DNA from: Negaprion brevirostris
Lineage: Eukaryota
Length of the DNA: 61,332 bases
Assembly (NCBI GenBank): GCA_030324005.1
Contig: JARDVH010000154.1
Coordinates: 30,352,788 to 30,414,119, forward strand
Direction: 5' to 3'
In this document: one piece after another, positions 11,101 through 22,916 of the stretch
Numbering within the stretch: the stretch's first letter is position 1
Layout of the letters: each line of letters begins with the position of its first letter
Notes under the pieces: generated by a model
The model's database searches: none
What the model saw: the letters and a program-made list of their open reading frames with translations, nothing else
What the model was told of the DNA's origin: nothing
Made by a program: the position numbers and the translations under genes

Positions 11101-12100
11101 TACTTTGATAAATGCATTTTGTTTAATATATTTAAATGGTTGTGTTTGCTAATTTAACATCTTGCTGCACTGGCAATGAAATTGATGTAACTTGTATCCA
11201 GACCCATGCATGTAAAGCAGGATCACTGCTCATAACTGTTGTATAGGAAATAAGGCCACGGTTCACATATAAAATTAGCTGGTTCAGAATTTGGTGGCTG
11301 CTCCTTGATATTGGGACTTTAGTTGCCTAGTATGGATTTAGGTAAACAGATAGTGGTGTTGGTAGAATTGGATATGGAATAGTTTTTATCTTTGTTATTC
11401 TGGAATCTTGGCTGGAGAACCTAATTCATTTAGAGCTGATGCTCCAGGCTGCTTCATGTGCTTAGCAGAAGCTAACCAATACAACCTTCAAATATTCATT
11501 TGGGAGTAATTCCATCTGTTTGGTGATTATGGACTCGCCACAGATATCTGGCAGAAAGTTGTCACCAACTATTCATACATAACACTTACTGCCTGGATTT
11601 TGCCATGGAAACCATCAGGAGGTTATTAGGCAGTTAAGTTGCTCAATTAATTGAAGATATTCAAAAGTTGTTGTCAAAGTTGTGCTGCAGCCCTGCGGGT
11701 TGAGATACCAGAACCCTGCATACACTGGAATCCACGTAAGAGCGTAAAGTTTCTGTGATCACCCCACTAGTTATCCAATAAAGACAGAATGGACTGGTGC
11801 ATTCAAATACAGGTGTGCTTTTAATGACTGTTTAATTACTGTTAAACTTCTCTAGCATTGAGAATTTTACAGTTGCGAACTCTCATTCCTTCAGAAATAT
11901 ATTGGAAGATTTAAAATATTTATATATAAGATATGTATATAACCTTTTTAAATTTGTCTTGATTCTCGTATCCCCCTCAATTCTCTTTATTTCTGTCTCT
12001 CTTTAGTTTCTATACATGATTTTACTCTGAATTATTAATAAAATTATTGCTGCGTACTTGAGTGAGGTTTCTTCATTCTGAACAGTTGAAAGGACACACT

Positions 12101-12256
12101 GGGTGGAATTTTCCACGCAATCTACTGTGTGTTTCATGGAGGCGGTCCATCATTAGTCGGGGACAGGCCAATGGGGATTCTCGTTGAATGCATCCCTCAC
12201 CGCCAGGAAACCCACGGCTGGAGTGCACTGTCGTCATTGGCCAGAAAATTCTAGCC
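12101..12256. mobile_element. MITE with GGG-GGAATTTT-type inverted termini (Harbinger-like)
   Basis: gggtggaattttcc ... agaaaattctagcc; the termini resemble those of the 24706-26141 element. Confidence 0.55.
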
Positions 12257-12454
12257 ATTGGTGCTTGCCCTGCACAGACATGCCACAGATCCCCTAATGG
12301 GGGGTAAGTGTTGTTCCTCTAACACAGACTCGGGTCAATATTTTCATTGTTGACCATTGTGTTTCCAGTATGCTTTACATTCAGGTGAAAGTAATCTGCT
12401 GTCAGTGGAGGAACTGAATAATTGCCATCAATTTTTTTTGATTTTCACATGTAG

Positions 12455-12831
12455 TGAGAATTTAATTGAGATATTCAAAATGTTGAAGCGTCTGAACAGA
12501 ATAAAAAGGGAAAATCTATTGCCTCTGATAGAAGGATTGAGAACGAGAAGGCCCAGCTTTAAGGGTTAATTGGCATAGGAAGCAATGGTAACATAAGGAG
12601 AAAGGTCTTCATGCAGTGAGTGGTGTAGATCTATTGTAGAATTCACTGCATAACAGTGTGGTGAAGGCAGGTTCAGTTGATGCACTTGAGGGAATTGCAG
12701 TATTATCTTAAAAACATGCAGGTTACTTGAAGACAGGAACTGGCAGTTAGTAAATTGCTCATTCGTAGAGCCAGTGCAGACACGGGGGGAGCCAAATGGT
12801 CTACTGTATTGTAACAAATCTGTGAATTCTG
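12455..12831 (+). mobile_element. CR1 LINE 3' fragment
   Basis: Encodes NLIEIFKMLKRLNRIKRENLLPLIEGLRTR (CR1 RT C-terminus) followed by a 3' UTR ending gggagccaaatggtct...ctgtgaattct. Confidence 0.75.
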
Positions 12832-13843
12832 GTTCCCAAAAAACCCAAGTGGCAATGAAAAACTGGAACAGTCAGCCTTCTGTGATGGACTCGGGATTTC
12901 AATACCAGCTAGAATTTCCTGCAGTACTCCAGGAAATTCTTAATGATTAATCGAAATTGAAAGAGAATCTTCTCTCTCAGCTTCGTGATGGGCTTGTTTT
13001 TATGATGTTTTTATGTAAGTTTATTCACAGTAGTAGAATATAACACTAAGATTCTGAATGTAAAATCAGTTTTAGNNNNNNNNNNTTAGGAATGGAAAGA
13101 CTAGGCCTTATACAGAAACTGCAAGTCATTGAACTTTTAGAAGTATTAGCAGTACGTAGAAATGTTAAGTTGAAAAAGGTATTTAATTTTGCTTAAGGTA
13201 TTTGTGCTTTCATGAAACCATAAATCACTGTAAATGTGTAAATGAGCGCTGAATGGTCAACGGTAGAAAATGAGCTCCAGCTGGAAAATGGTGGCATGTG
13301 TAGCAAGATAGTGACATTATCATGAATACATTCTGAATATAAACCAAAGCAAAATATGATCATTAATGTTTACATATTTCTGCAGGGTTTAGCAGCATAT
13401 CCCAAGACACTTATTGTTTGGGGGATTAATGCTCATCAAGATGCTATGTGATGGCATTTTCCCAGGAAAATGTCAAGAATGAACCACAAAACTCTTATTT
13501 AGGAGGGTTTAAACAACCTGAATGATCTTAAGGTGCAGATTCCAACACCAAACTGCATGCAACCTTATTCGAGGCAGGGGCTGCAATTCTTGTCTTGATT
13601 ATTCACTCCTGTTTTGGGAAATAAGGGGATTATGATTTTCGTGGTTACTTTGCCTTTTTAAATCCTGCATGATATGTATGAATCACAGTTAAATGAGCTA
13701 AAACTTTAAGAAGGAATAAAGTATTGTGGTTCTTTTGTCTATGNNNNNNNNNNNNNNNNNNNNNNNNNNNNNNNNNNNNNNNNNNNNNNNNNNNNNNNNN
13801 NNNNNNNNNNNNNNNNNNNNNNNNNNNNNNNNNNNNNNNNNNN

Positions 13844-13920
13844 GTGTTGATGTGATCGGTACAACTCGTGGGCCGAAGGGCCTGTTTGTGCTGTAGTGTT
13901 CTATGTTCTATGTTCTATGT
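13844..13920 (+). mobile_element. CR1/HER1 LINE 3' end adjoining a 100-N gap
   Basis: gtgggccgaagggcctgtttgtgctgtagtgttctatgttctatgttctatgt. Confidence 0.78.
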
Positions 13921-14264
13921 CAATTTGGGGTGAGTTCAGATGTATCTACGAGATCAAGAGCATACTTGTGTATACATCAATACTGGCAAAACGGGCTAAA
14001 TTCCAGGTGCAACCTCCCATTGGAGCCCAAGGAGAAAACCCCAGTTCCAAATTAATGTTGTAATCCTCCTTAAAGTAGCATTACATTTATTAATACATTT
14101 GTGAATTGCTTGTAAAATCGTATTCATTCAAATTTGTTAACTTTTCGAGCAAGACATTTGAATTTCTTGATGAGTTTGGAAAACTTGACAAAATTTGAAT
14201 AATATTCAAACGAAGTGTAACAGGTGCTTTTGAATATCAAGTCACTCTAGGTATGCTGAAGATG

Positions 14265-14442
14265 GACAATCAGCCTTTATATGCTCTGTTTATGATCAGA
14301 ACTCCCCACTCACCTGACGAAGGGCAAAGCCCCGAAAGCTAATGGGTGTTTGCTACCAAATAAACCTGTTGGACTTTAACCTGATGTTATGAGACTTCTT
14401 ACTGTGTTTACCCCAGTGCAACACTGGCATCTCCACATCGTG
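14265..14442 (+). mobile_element. Penelope-like element terminal repeat carrying a minimal hammerhead ribozyme motif
   Basis: Same family as 30-210; contains cactcacCTGACGAagggcaaagcccCGAAAgctaatgggtg. Confidence 0.65.
14307..14348 (+). ncRNA. Minimal type I hammerhead ribozyme motif (candidate)
   Basis: Stem I cactcac/atgggtg, core CUGACGA (14314-14320), stem II GGGC-aaa-GCCC, GAAA (14334-14337), palindromic AGCU and a UA cleavage dinucleotide. Confidence 0.55.
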
Positions 14443-15029
14443 ACACACACGAAGATGGATGTGTCATTTGGGTTTGTTATCCCAATTTCTTTTTAAAATA
14501 ATAAGCCCTTCTAACAAAGATGACACAAACTTAGGATTGTATAGATTTACTTGAAGGGAACTGTCTGATGAAATTTATAAAAAGGTATCTGATTTATTTA
14601 ATTTCAGTATCCCTTTAAAAACTTGAGAAGCCTTTGATAAGTTTGTGCTAACTTATGTAGTCATAGTCTTTGGAGAATTAAATGTGATTCTAGTTTGCTA
14701 TTCAGGTTGATTTACTACTTAACTGTGGATTGGCCAGACTTGCCTTTTAACATGTAATAAAGCAGTTGCAAACCAAAAGCATAGGTTATGAAGTGATACA
14801 ATGATTGTCATGTGCATGCATCCACAAATATAAAGTTCTTGGAGAAGCTCCTACAATATTGATGTAATATCGTCTTTAGTGATAGTTATTAATTTTTGGA
14901 AGTCCTGAAAATAATGAGTAAACAGACCTATTGTACTTTTCTCTTTGCATTATCTCTCCATCCCCATTTCATCTCTCCTTTGACTTCAGCTTTTTGTCTA
15001 CCATTGCACGTCATTTGTGGCCGTGCTTA

Positions 15030-15203
15030 CATTTGCTTAAGCGAGTTCCCTCCTCAAATCCCTCCTCCGTTTAAAAAAAACTACCTCATTGACCAAGTTT
15101 TTTGGTCATCTTGCCTTTCATTATCTTTGACTTGGCATTTTTTCATATTTCATTGCAGCATCATAGGACATCTTACTACGTTAAAGGTTTGCTTTTAAAC
15201 AAG
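15030..15203 (+). mobile_element. L2 LINE 3' end (decayed)
   Basis: ctacctcattgaccaagttttttggtcatc...ggacatcttactacgttaaagg, the typical shark L2 3' UTR pattern. Confidence 0.55.
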
Positions 15204-18200
15204 AAAAAGTCCACAGTAGCGACGTAGAAAAGATTAAGACAGGCAGCTATGTTACCTGAGGAGGTTTCCACACGGGCGATCAGGCATAAATTGTAATATT
15301 GGGTCTGGGATTGAAGTGAATTGTTGACTGGATGGAGCAGGCGGGGGTCGGTTTCGTAACCAAATAATGGTGGGAAAAGCAGGTATGTCGAACAAGATTT
15401 TGGGGTCATGAGCTCCAAGGCAGCAATAGAGGCCATGGAACTCAAACTGAGTTTAGAAGCCCCCTTTAGTTGTTCTTTTTTTGCCCACAGGCATGACTTT
15501 GTTCTTTGTAGCTCGTTAGCTGCTACAACAAAAGCTTGCAGAAAGCTGGACCTTAGATTTTTTTTCCAGGGCAAAGCCAGCAGTTTTAAACTCTACCACC
15601 TCCATCCAGTCAACAAATAGTCCCTCTTGCTGAAAGACTGTCAATCTCCCTAACACCGCCCCATCAGCAAACGCATCAGTAGATGTTCAGCCTCCCCATT
15701 TGAACATACACCAGCCAGTTGAACAACTACCAGTCTCGCGACTTCCCTGGTCAACAATGCTACGCCTCACCCCAACTCCCACTCATGGGCTCTGTGACCA
15801 ATTCAGGTTCTGGGAGCTGGATATATATATGATTCCTGGGTGGTGTATGCTCCTGAATCCACTTCCTTTTCTGGCAGTCAGACTCGTAGACCATTTTTCA
15901 TACTATCAAATTGACTGCAACCAACATTTTAACTGAACAAAAGTCAGACTGGCTCTGTTTTAAAAGGACTGCTTGAATGAGAAACACTGATGTCAATACT
16001 GCTAACCAGACAGGCTCCAAGGCATCGATCTCTTGCTTCACTTCAGATGAATGTATCTACTTCTGTTTCACTTAGCAGATAGATTTTTTGCAGACTTTAC
16101 AAAGGAACGTTTGTGATGCAATTTAAATTTATAGGTTTTTTCATTGGAGTGAGAGAATTCATAGAACACAACTTGAAGATTGATCACTTACTATTCATGA
16201 TACTTCAGTTTTCACAGTTTTTAAGCTGAGAAATTAATTGGTATGCATGCATAGTTTGTGTTACTTTGGACTTAATCATGCATGAATTGTGACCTTCCCA
16301 AATGGGGGCTTTGGTTCCAGTCTGCAGTTTGGTGCAGTCATCGCACGAGCTGCTGTTGAATACTTAAAAATGAATGTCTGGATCTGCACAATTTAGAGCA
16401 GCAGTTTCACTTCAGTACAAGTCTTTGAGATTTGTGCACTGGTGCAAGTTACCAGTTCACAACCTTCTTAATCTGTGCTTAATTCTGGGAATGAAGATGG
16501 TCATTATGTGATTCAATCATACTGTATTTCTAAGTATGTTCAATTCAATTATCTACTTCAGATTTTCCTTAGCTAGCAAATGGATTGAGATACCTGATCT
16601 TTGTCATTGTTTTGAGTACCCAAAATGATGTCCTTAGCACGTAGTAAGCACTTGATAATTTTCCTTTGAACCCTGTAGAGTTAATGTAATTCTGTACTGA
16701 ATGACAATGTCTGAAAATTAAATAACCCAGTATCAATCCAGTAGAATTAATTTAATTACATCATATTTTCAAATATACTTTATTGTGTTTATTGCTTTCA
16801 ACCCACATGTTTGTTGCATAGAGTAGAATTTCTGACTGCTTTATTGCCTGCATTAGCTGGTGATGAGAAATTTTTATCCCCACACAATTCAACGCTTTCA
16901 TATGTTTGATTTCTTCTCAGCACAGACTCTTATAAGTCTGTCCTGAAGCATTGCAAATTCTTTTGATCTGTGGACAGAAATTTTGCCTATTTTGGTTTCC
17001 GAGCTCTCTCATGACGATGCTAGTACAGGCATTGTTCAAGAGCTGGTCACCTGTATGAAAGATGCATATTGGTTCGAAATTTAGTAACGTCACTCTGAAC
17101 TTTCAGAAACATTTGATTATTTTTTCGAAACGTGAACTGATATGGGTGTACGTATTTTAATGCTCTTGGGTTAAAGATTCCCAGTGAAAGTAGTGGAGCC
17201 TTTCTTAATGAAATGGATTTTGTAATTGCCACTCAGGATATATTAATAAATTTGTCACAGAATAAAATGGCTAGATGTTGACAAGATTGCAAATATTTTT
17301 AGAATGATCCTGCTATTATTTTGGTAGATGCTTATAGCCTTTCACAGTGCCAAAGTTACAGACTTGATTATCAGAGCCATTCTAGAAACAGCATCTAACA
17401 TTTTAATGCAGGCTGCTTTATTTTTATTGTACCCAAATAATTTGAGATGTAGTCTTTATATTAAATATATATAATCATTAATTATCTGATAAAGGTATTG
17501 AAACTTTAAAAGCTCTGAATTAATGACAGCTACAGGGTGCATTGAATCATTTAATCTATTCAAATTTTGCTATGTCATGTGATAGTTGCTGTATTTGTTG
17601 TAGTACTGTAGATTTCATTTTATTTCAGAAGTATTTTAGAAGATCAGTGGCAGAGTAAACGATCTCTGAAACCAGATTCAAACTGAGTCCAAACACCTCA
17701 TCTGAAAATGTGTCACACTTCTCCCCTCCTTTCATTAGGACCTCACATAATTTAACCTTGAACATTCTCGATCGATTTCTCAGTGGCTGCAGGCTTTTGA
17801 AACAAAGCTGTTCGGAAGAGATTGGCAAAAATTGTTCATTTTGAAAAGTGGCCCATATTGGAAACAGAACAACTTGTATTTTGGGGGCTTTTATACAGGG
17901 TTTAGCACAGTGCCTTTCAAACTTTATCCTGATGTGACTCCATGTTAATGTCTCAGACTTAATGACCCCCTCCCCTCCGAGTGAAAATTATTGGGAGTGG
18001 GATGATGGGCTGTTTGAACCTGCTGGAGTTGGACTGAATAAAGAAAGACACCTTTTTTACAGGCTGCAGCAATCATGTCTCAGAACAGGCGATAAGCTCT
18101 GCCTACCATTATAATAGAAACACCAACCTTTAATCAGGCGTCACAGCTGTCAAAATCCAGTCCAAGCTTCATAGCTGCCATTTCTGCTCAGAATGTACAA

Positions 18201-18549
18201 TCCCTCTATGGGGTTGTGACTCAGTTTGGGAATCCTTGGTTTAGCTACTCTTCTATGGTAGCAAAGAGAAACTTTCTTTTGAGCTTCTGGTGTGCTTGAC
18301 TTGAGGGTGTTTGCTGCTGCCACTGTTTCCAGAGTAATAAACTGTTTGATGTCCAACTGGCATAGCATGATATATTCCCCCAAGTAATGTTATTGTTTAA
18401 GCTGTTTGAGAATTTACATGTTGCCCAGATTGTTATAAAATACAACCTGCTATTCTTCTAGAATACAAACATTCATGAGGCAATCATTATTTTATAATGT
18501 TTTCAAAGGATTATCAGCTGTCCCTCATTTTGAGGCATCTCCTCAGGAT

Positions 18550-20255
18550 TATGAGTCTTGAGTCTTATGAGTCATTATGAGTCATGGGTCTTCAGGTGAC
18601 CAAACAGGCTGATTCTGGACGTATGGGCACATGGGCCAGAGTGCGCTGCAAGGTAGTGGGATCCAGAGGGCAGGATCTGCATCTTTTTTTTAAACTTGCT
18701 TGCCATCCCTTTGCCTCATCATTAAGATATTTGCACTCAAAGCATGACATGGCTTGATGGACAAGTTGCCATTTTGAACAATCTGGTAGCAAGCTTCTCC
18801 CATTGTTAATGTCGCTGCACTTATAGGCGAGCGTCAGCGTCTTTGTAGCAATTTATTCTGTTTTTCCCTAGAAAACTGACCTGAGAGTTGAGAAAACAAG
18901 ATCTCACAGGGAAGGTGTTTTTCAGCTATCATGATACAGAGTTCAGTCCATTGTAGTGGATTTTACAGGCCTTTTGACTGAATGCACGTGAAACTGACTT
19001 CAGGAACGACATTAGCAATTGTTCAGCAGTCCGATCATCGAGTTCAGAAGATGTGGCGAATGCATTGAGAATGGAATTTCTTTAGTGTTCTTGTGTATTG
19101 CCGATACACAGCCCCAGTGTCTCAGCAGTTCAAGAATGTGGTGATGGCAACTGCTCTGTACATTAGAACTTTTGTTGACTTGTGGAGCTGTCGATTTATC
19201 ACTTCTTAAAATAAGTTGCATGTGCAGAGATTTTACAGATCTGGTTCTCAGCTATACTTGAAATTCTTCTTTTTGTTTGAGATGCTTTAAGGTTGAGACA
19301 TTGATGATCTTCCTCTTGAATTTTTGATTCTTGGTGCTCGTTGGATGATTGTCACCGATCGAACAAGTTAATGATCTGTCCAGCAGGCATCAGTCCCCTA
19401 CATGAGCTGAGTGATAAAAATATCACTTAAATCTTTGACTCAAACAAGAACATAATCAACTAGTCCATCAAATTACATCATGCTTTGACTGCAAACATCT
19501 TAAAAAAGTCGCAGACAAGGGGGGAAAAAAGGAAGGAAACGTTGCACTCTGGGTCCCACTACCTTGCGGGGCATCCTAGCCCATGTTTCCAAGACCTGCA
19601 AGTCTAGAAATAACCTGTTTTGTCGGTGAAGACCCATGAAGAAACTTGTGACCTTGACCTACCATACTCAAAGACAGCTGAAAACCTCTTGAAAACATTA
19701 TAAAATTATAATTCCCTCATGAATAACTGTGTTACAATAACAAAGCTGGCGCTTGGATCTGGATGCCTCCATGTGGTTTTGTATTTGTCCCTTTGGCAGA
19801 AGTGGGTGTTTGTTAAAATGAGGTCATGCTAAGGAAACTTCGTCAATGAAAGACTATCAATTGCATTGGCTTTTTTGCAATAACTTCATTGCAGTGTATA
19901 AATAAGTTTTCCCACACTGTTTTTCCCAATGGTTACTCTTAAGACATCAGAATCATGCCACCCTGGGCATTAACGTCTCTCAGATCTTTCCATGTTTTGG
20001 GAAGGGAATGAGGACTTCATCAAAGTCAGTACAGAACTTTTCCGTCGCATCTTCATTGGAGTCCAGGGTCAAAGCATAAGCACTGATGATAGTGGCATTT
20101 GATTATGACTGAGCTGGAGATGAAATAACATAAGCTTTTCATTTATATAATTGGGGATTTCTAACATGCATCCAAGATCCTATTCCGGATGGCCAAATCA
20201 ACTCCATTTTCATGAGGAGCGCTGTCAGCCTTTTCCAGCTTTTCAGAGGAACGTT
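18550..20255 (-). mobile_element. Decayed RTE-clade LINE: endonuclease (19730-20255) and RT C-terminus/3' end (18550-19200)
   Basis: Minus strand gives ENGVDLAI, INEKLML, ATIISAYALTL, HDLILTNTHFCQRDKYKTTWRHP, STKVLMYRAV, TLKKFHSQCIRHI and RISLFGHLKTH, all RTE hallmarks, with many disruptions. Confidence 0.8.
19450..19645 (+). mobile_element. Second RTE 3' end in the opposite orientation
   Basis: caactagtccatcaaattacatcatgctttgactgcaaacatctt...gggtcccactaccttgc...cctgtttt...tgaagacccatga matches the reverse complement of 18585-18770. Confidence 0.65.
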
Positions 20256-20456
20256 GCTACTAAAATTAAATCTTGAATCATCAAAATGCAACTATTTATC
20301 GCTTGTGTGCCCAAAGCTGTTTTGGTAAGATATTAAATGTCGATAGGTGTACTGACGAGAACTGTTGTTATGTGACTACTAAGGAAGTGCATTTGAAATG
20401 CTTTCTAACCCTGGTCCAACAGATTGATATTTTTTTCCTGTCTCTCTGTCTCGTAG

Positions 20457-20612
<156 letters not shown>

Positions 20613-21314
20613 TGACATTAGAATTAACATTCGGTAATAGAAAAAGTTCATGTTTGGCTATTTGTTCCAAGAAGATTTTGTGTTTCACAGTTCTATTTTA
20701 CACACATTGGCCCACTAATCAGAATTTGTGGGGGAAAAAATACCTAATCTGCTTTGAAACACTGACATTGATAAGGCTGGCAAAAAAAGTCCGAATCCAA
20801 ACATTTTTGTGTACTCCTCTTTGCTAAGCCAATAACAGTTCTCATTTTTATCCACATTGCTTGAGAACAAATTTACTCTGGTTGGCATAATGGAATGACT
20901 GAGTGCGTGGACAGTTAATGTATACCTTAGGATAAAGAACTTCCACAATTTAAGATTTTTTTTCTTCAGAGACTCCATTGCATAACTGACAGAAAAACCA
21001 GATCCCCTGGAATAGCATGTCCTAGATGAACAATAAAGTCGTTTATTATCTCTGGGTTTGCAGGTAGCATTTCCGCTATAGAAGACGATAGATATTTGGT
21101 TGGCGGAATAAACTATCATGCAGGTTTATTTGCGGTTACTCGATTACCGAAGCAATCAATAACAGTTATTAAATATTAGCAAGGTCAAATTCATTGCCTT
21201 TGGTCCATGCCATTGATTCCACTTTCCAGTACGCCATCCCCACTGCTTCTGTCTGGTGTCCTATTTGAACCTGACCTATACTTCCTATGTACCTTCTCCA
21301 TCACCAAAGGTGCC

Positions 21315-21580
21315 TACTTCTACCTGTCTGCTATAGAAACTTTCATCCATTCTTTTGTTCTTTCAGACTCCATTATTCTAATGCNNNNNNNNNNTCATCC
21401 CTGTACTTGTGGGCTGTAACACCTCAAGCTTGATATTCTCATCCAGTCTTCAAACCCCCCTTTGCCCTTGCTATTCCCTGTCTCTGTGACCTCCTCCGGC
21501 CTTACAGCCCTCTGAGAACTCTATGTTCCTCCAATTATGACCTTTTGAACATGGCTGATATTCTTCATTCCAGCTTTGAC
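21315..21580 (+). mobile_element. L2 LINE RT C-terminal fragment
   Basis: SAIETFIHSFVLSDS-like (consensus AETLIHAFVTSRLDY) plus downstream LAIPCLCDLLRPYSPLRTLCSS-like text. Confidence 0.65.
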
Positions 21581-22640
21581 TACATACCTTGCAGAAGTCT
21601 ACTTTTGTTTGTGTGGCAAGTGCTGTTTTTATTCAGATTGTCTTCCATTAAGGTCAGAGATATCGAGTCATAGAAAAATACAGCATGGAAACAGTTCTGT
21701 AATCTATTTTTATTATTTTGAGAATTTGTCTGGATATCTGTATCAGTTATATAGTTATATACTATATAGATGGCTTTTTTTCCTCTCGCAGCCTTTCTGC
21801 AAAATGAACAGAAATATTTTAAAGTGTGCACTTGTCAAAGTCATTTTTAGGTTAGCTGTTTTAAATGGGTTTTGTTTAGTTAGAAGCGAGAGTACAGAGA
21901 GAAAATCCATAAAGATGTATTAAAACAGGCTTTTATGTCTTGAAGCTGGCCAATCTCTGATACATCTTGTATCATACTTGCCTATCAGTTTACTGTCCTT
22001 GCTGTAGACCTTGACAAGTACAGTGGAACTGTATCAGTTGAGACTATGATTTGACTTTCCTGTCGAGAGTCCCGATTTTCCATTGTAATTACGATGAGCA
22101 GTCATTGCCCATTGGGTTCCTCATTATCCAAATATTCTAATCTCACTCGTGACATCATGCCATGAGTTAATTGCCTCTTGAAACAAAGCATCCTCACAGA
22201 TGGAGTTTTCGGTTATACCTGCTTCATCGTATGAAACATATGGCTTTTTGTGTGGTTTAATTATTTTAGTACAAGAAAAGTCATGTGCGATTGAATTTGT
22301 GCTTTTCTTTACTATCTGTTAGTGATTGTCCCTCCCTTGTCCTGTCATGGTCCTAAAAATTGTTCAACCACAAAGTCAATTAACTGCTACCAGAAAGCTT
22401 AGCCCTGGAATATTCAAGCATCTGCTTGAACTGGTAATGGGACCATTATTTTTGTGCCAGTTAAATGAATGATCTCTTTTCTTTGCCACTGTAGCTGCCT
22501 ACAGCAGAACTGCTCTATGTCATCATTGCCATCCCAGCACTTCTAGCCATTACTCATAAGTACCGCTGTTCTTTATTACACTCCAGTTTCAGAATCCCCA
22601 GCTATTAGCTGGTTTCTACCAAATGAATTTTAACTTGCAT

Positions 22641-22916
22641 AAAGTTAAAGTTTATTAGTCACAATAAAGCTTACATTAACACTGCAAAGAAGTTACTGTG
22701 AAATTCCCCTAGTTGCCACAATCCAGTGCCTGTGCAGGTCAATGCACCTAACCAGCATGTCTTTCAGAATGTGGGAGGAAACCGGAGCACCCAGAGGAAA
22801 CCCACGCAGACACAGGGAGAACATGCAAACTTGACAGAATGACCCAAACCAGGAATTGAACCTGGGTCCCTGGCGCTCTGAAGCAGCATGCTAACCACTG
22901 TGCTACCATGCCGCCC
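22641..22916 (-). mobile_element. HE1-head/V-domain SINE with the alternative (non-CR1) tail
   Basis: The reverse complement reads gggcggcatggtagcacagtggttagc...ttcacagtaacttctttgcagtgttaatgtaagc...tgtgactaataaac. Confidence 0.88.

Noticed and set aside
16855-16950. Possible C/D-box snoRNA (GTGATGA at ~16860, CTGA at ~16943)
   Set aside because: The terminal stem is weak, there are no clear C'/D' boxes, and the putative guide only partly matches rRNA as I recall it. A snoscan/Rfam search would be needed.
17640-18400. Balanced-GC block after an acceptor-like ttttatttcag
   Set aside because: All three plus frames close within about 20 codons and I recognise no motif; probably an old repeat, left unassigned.
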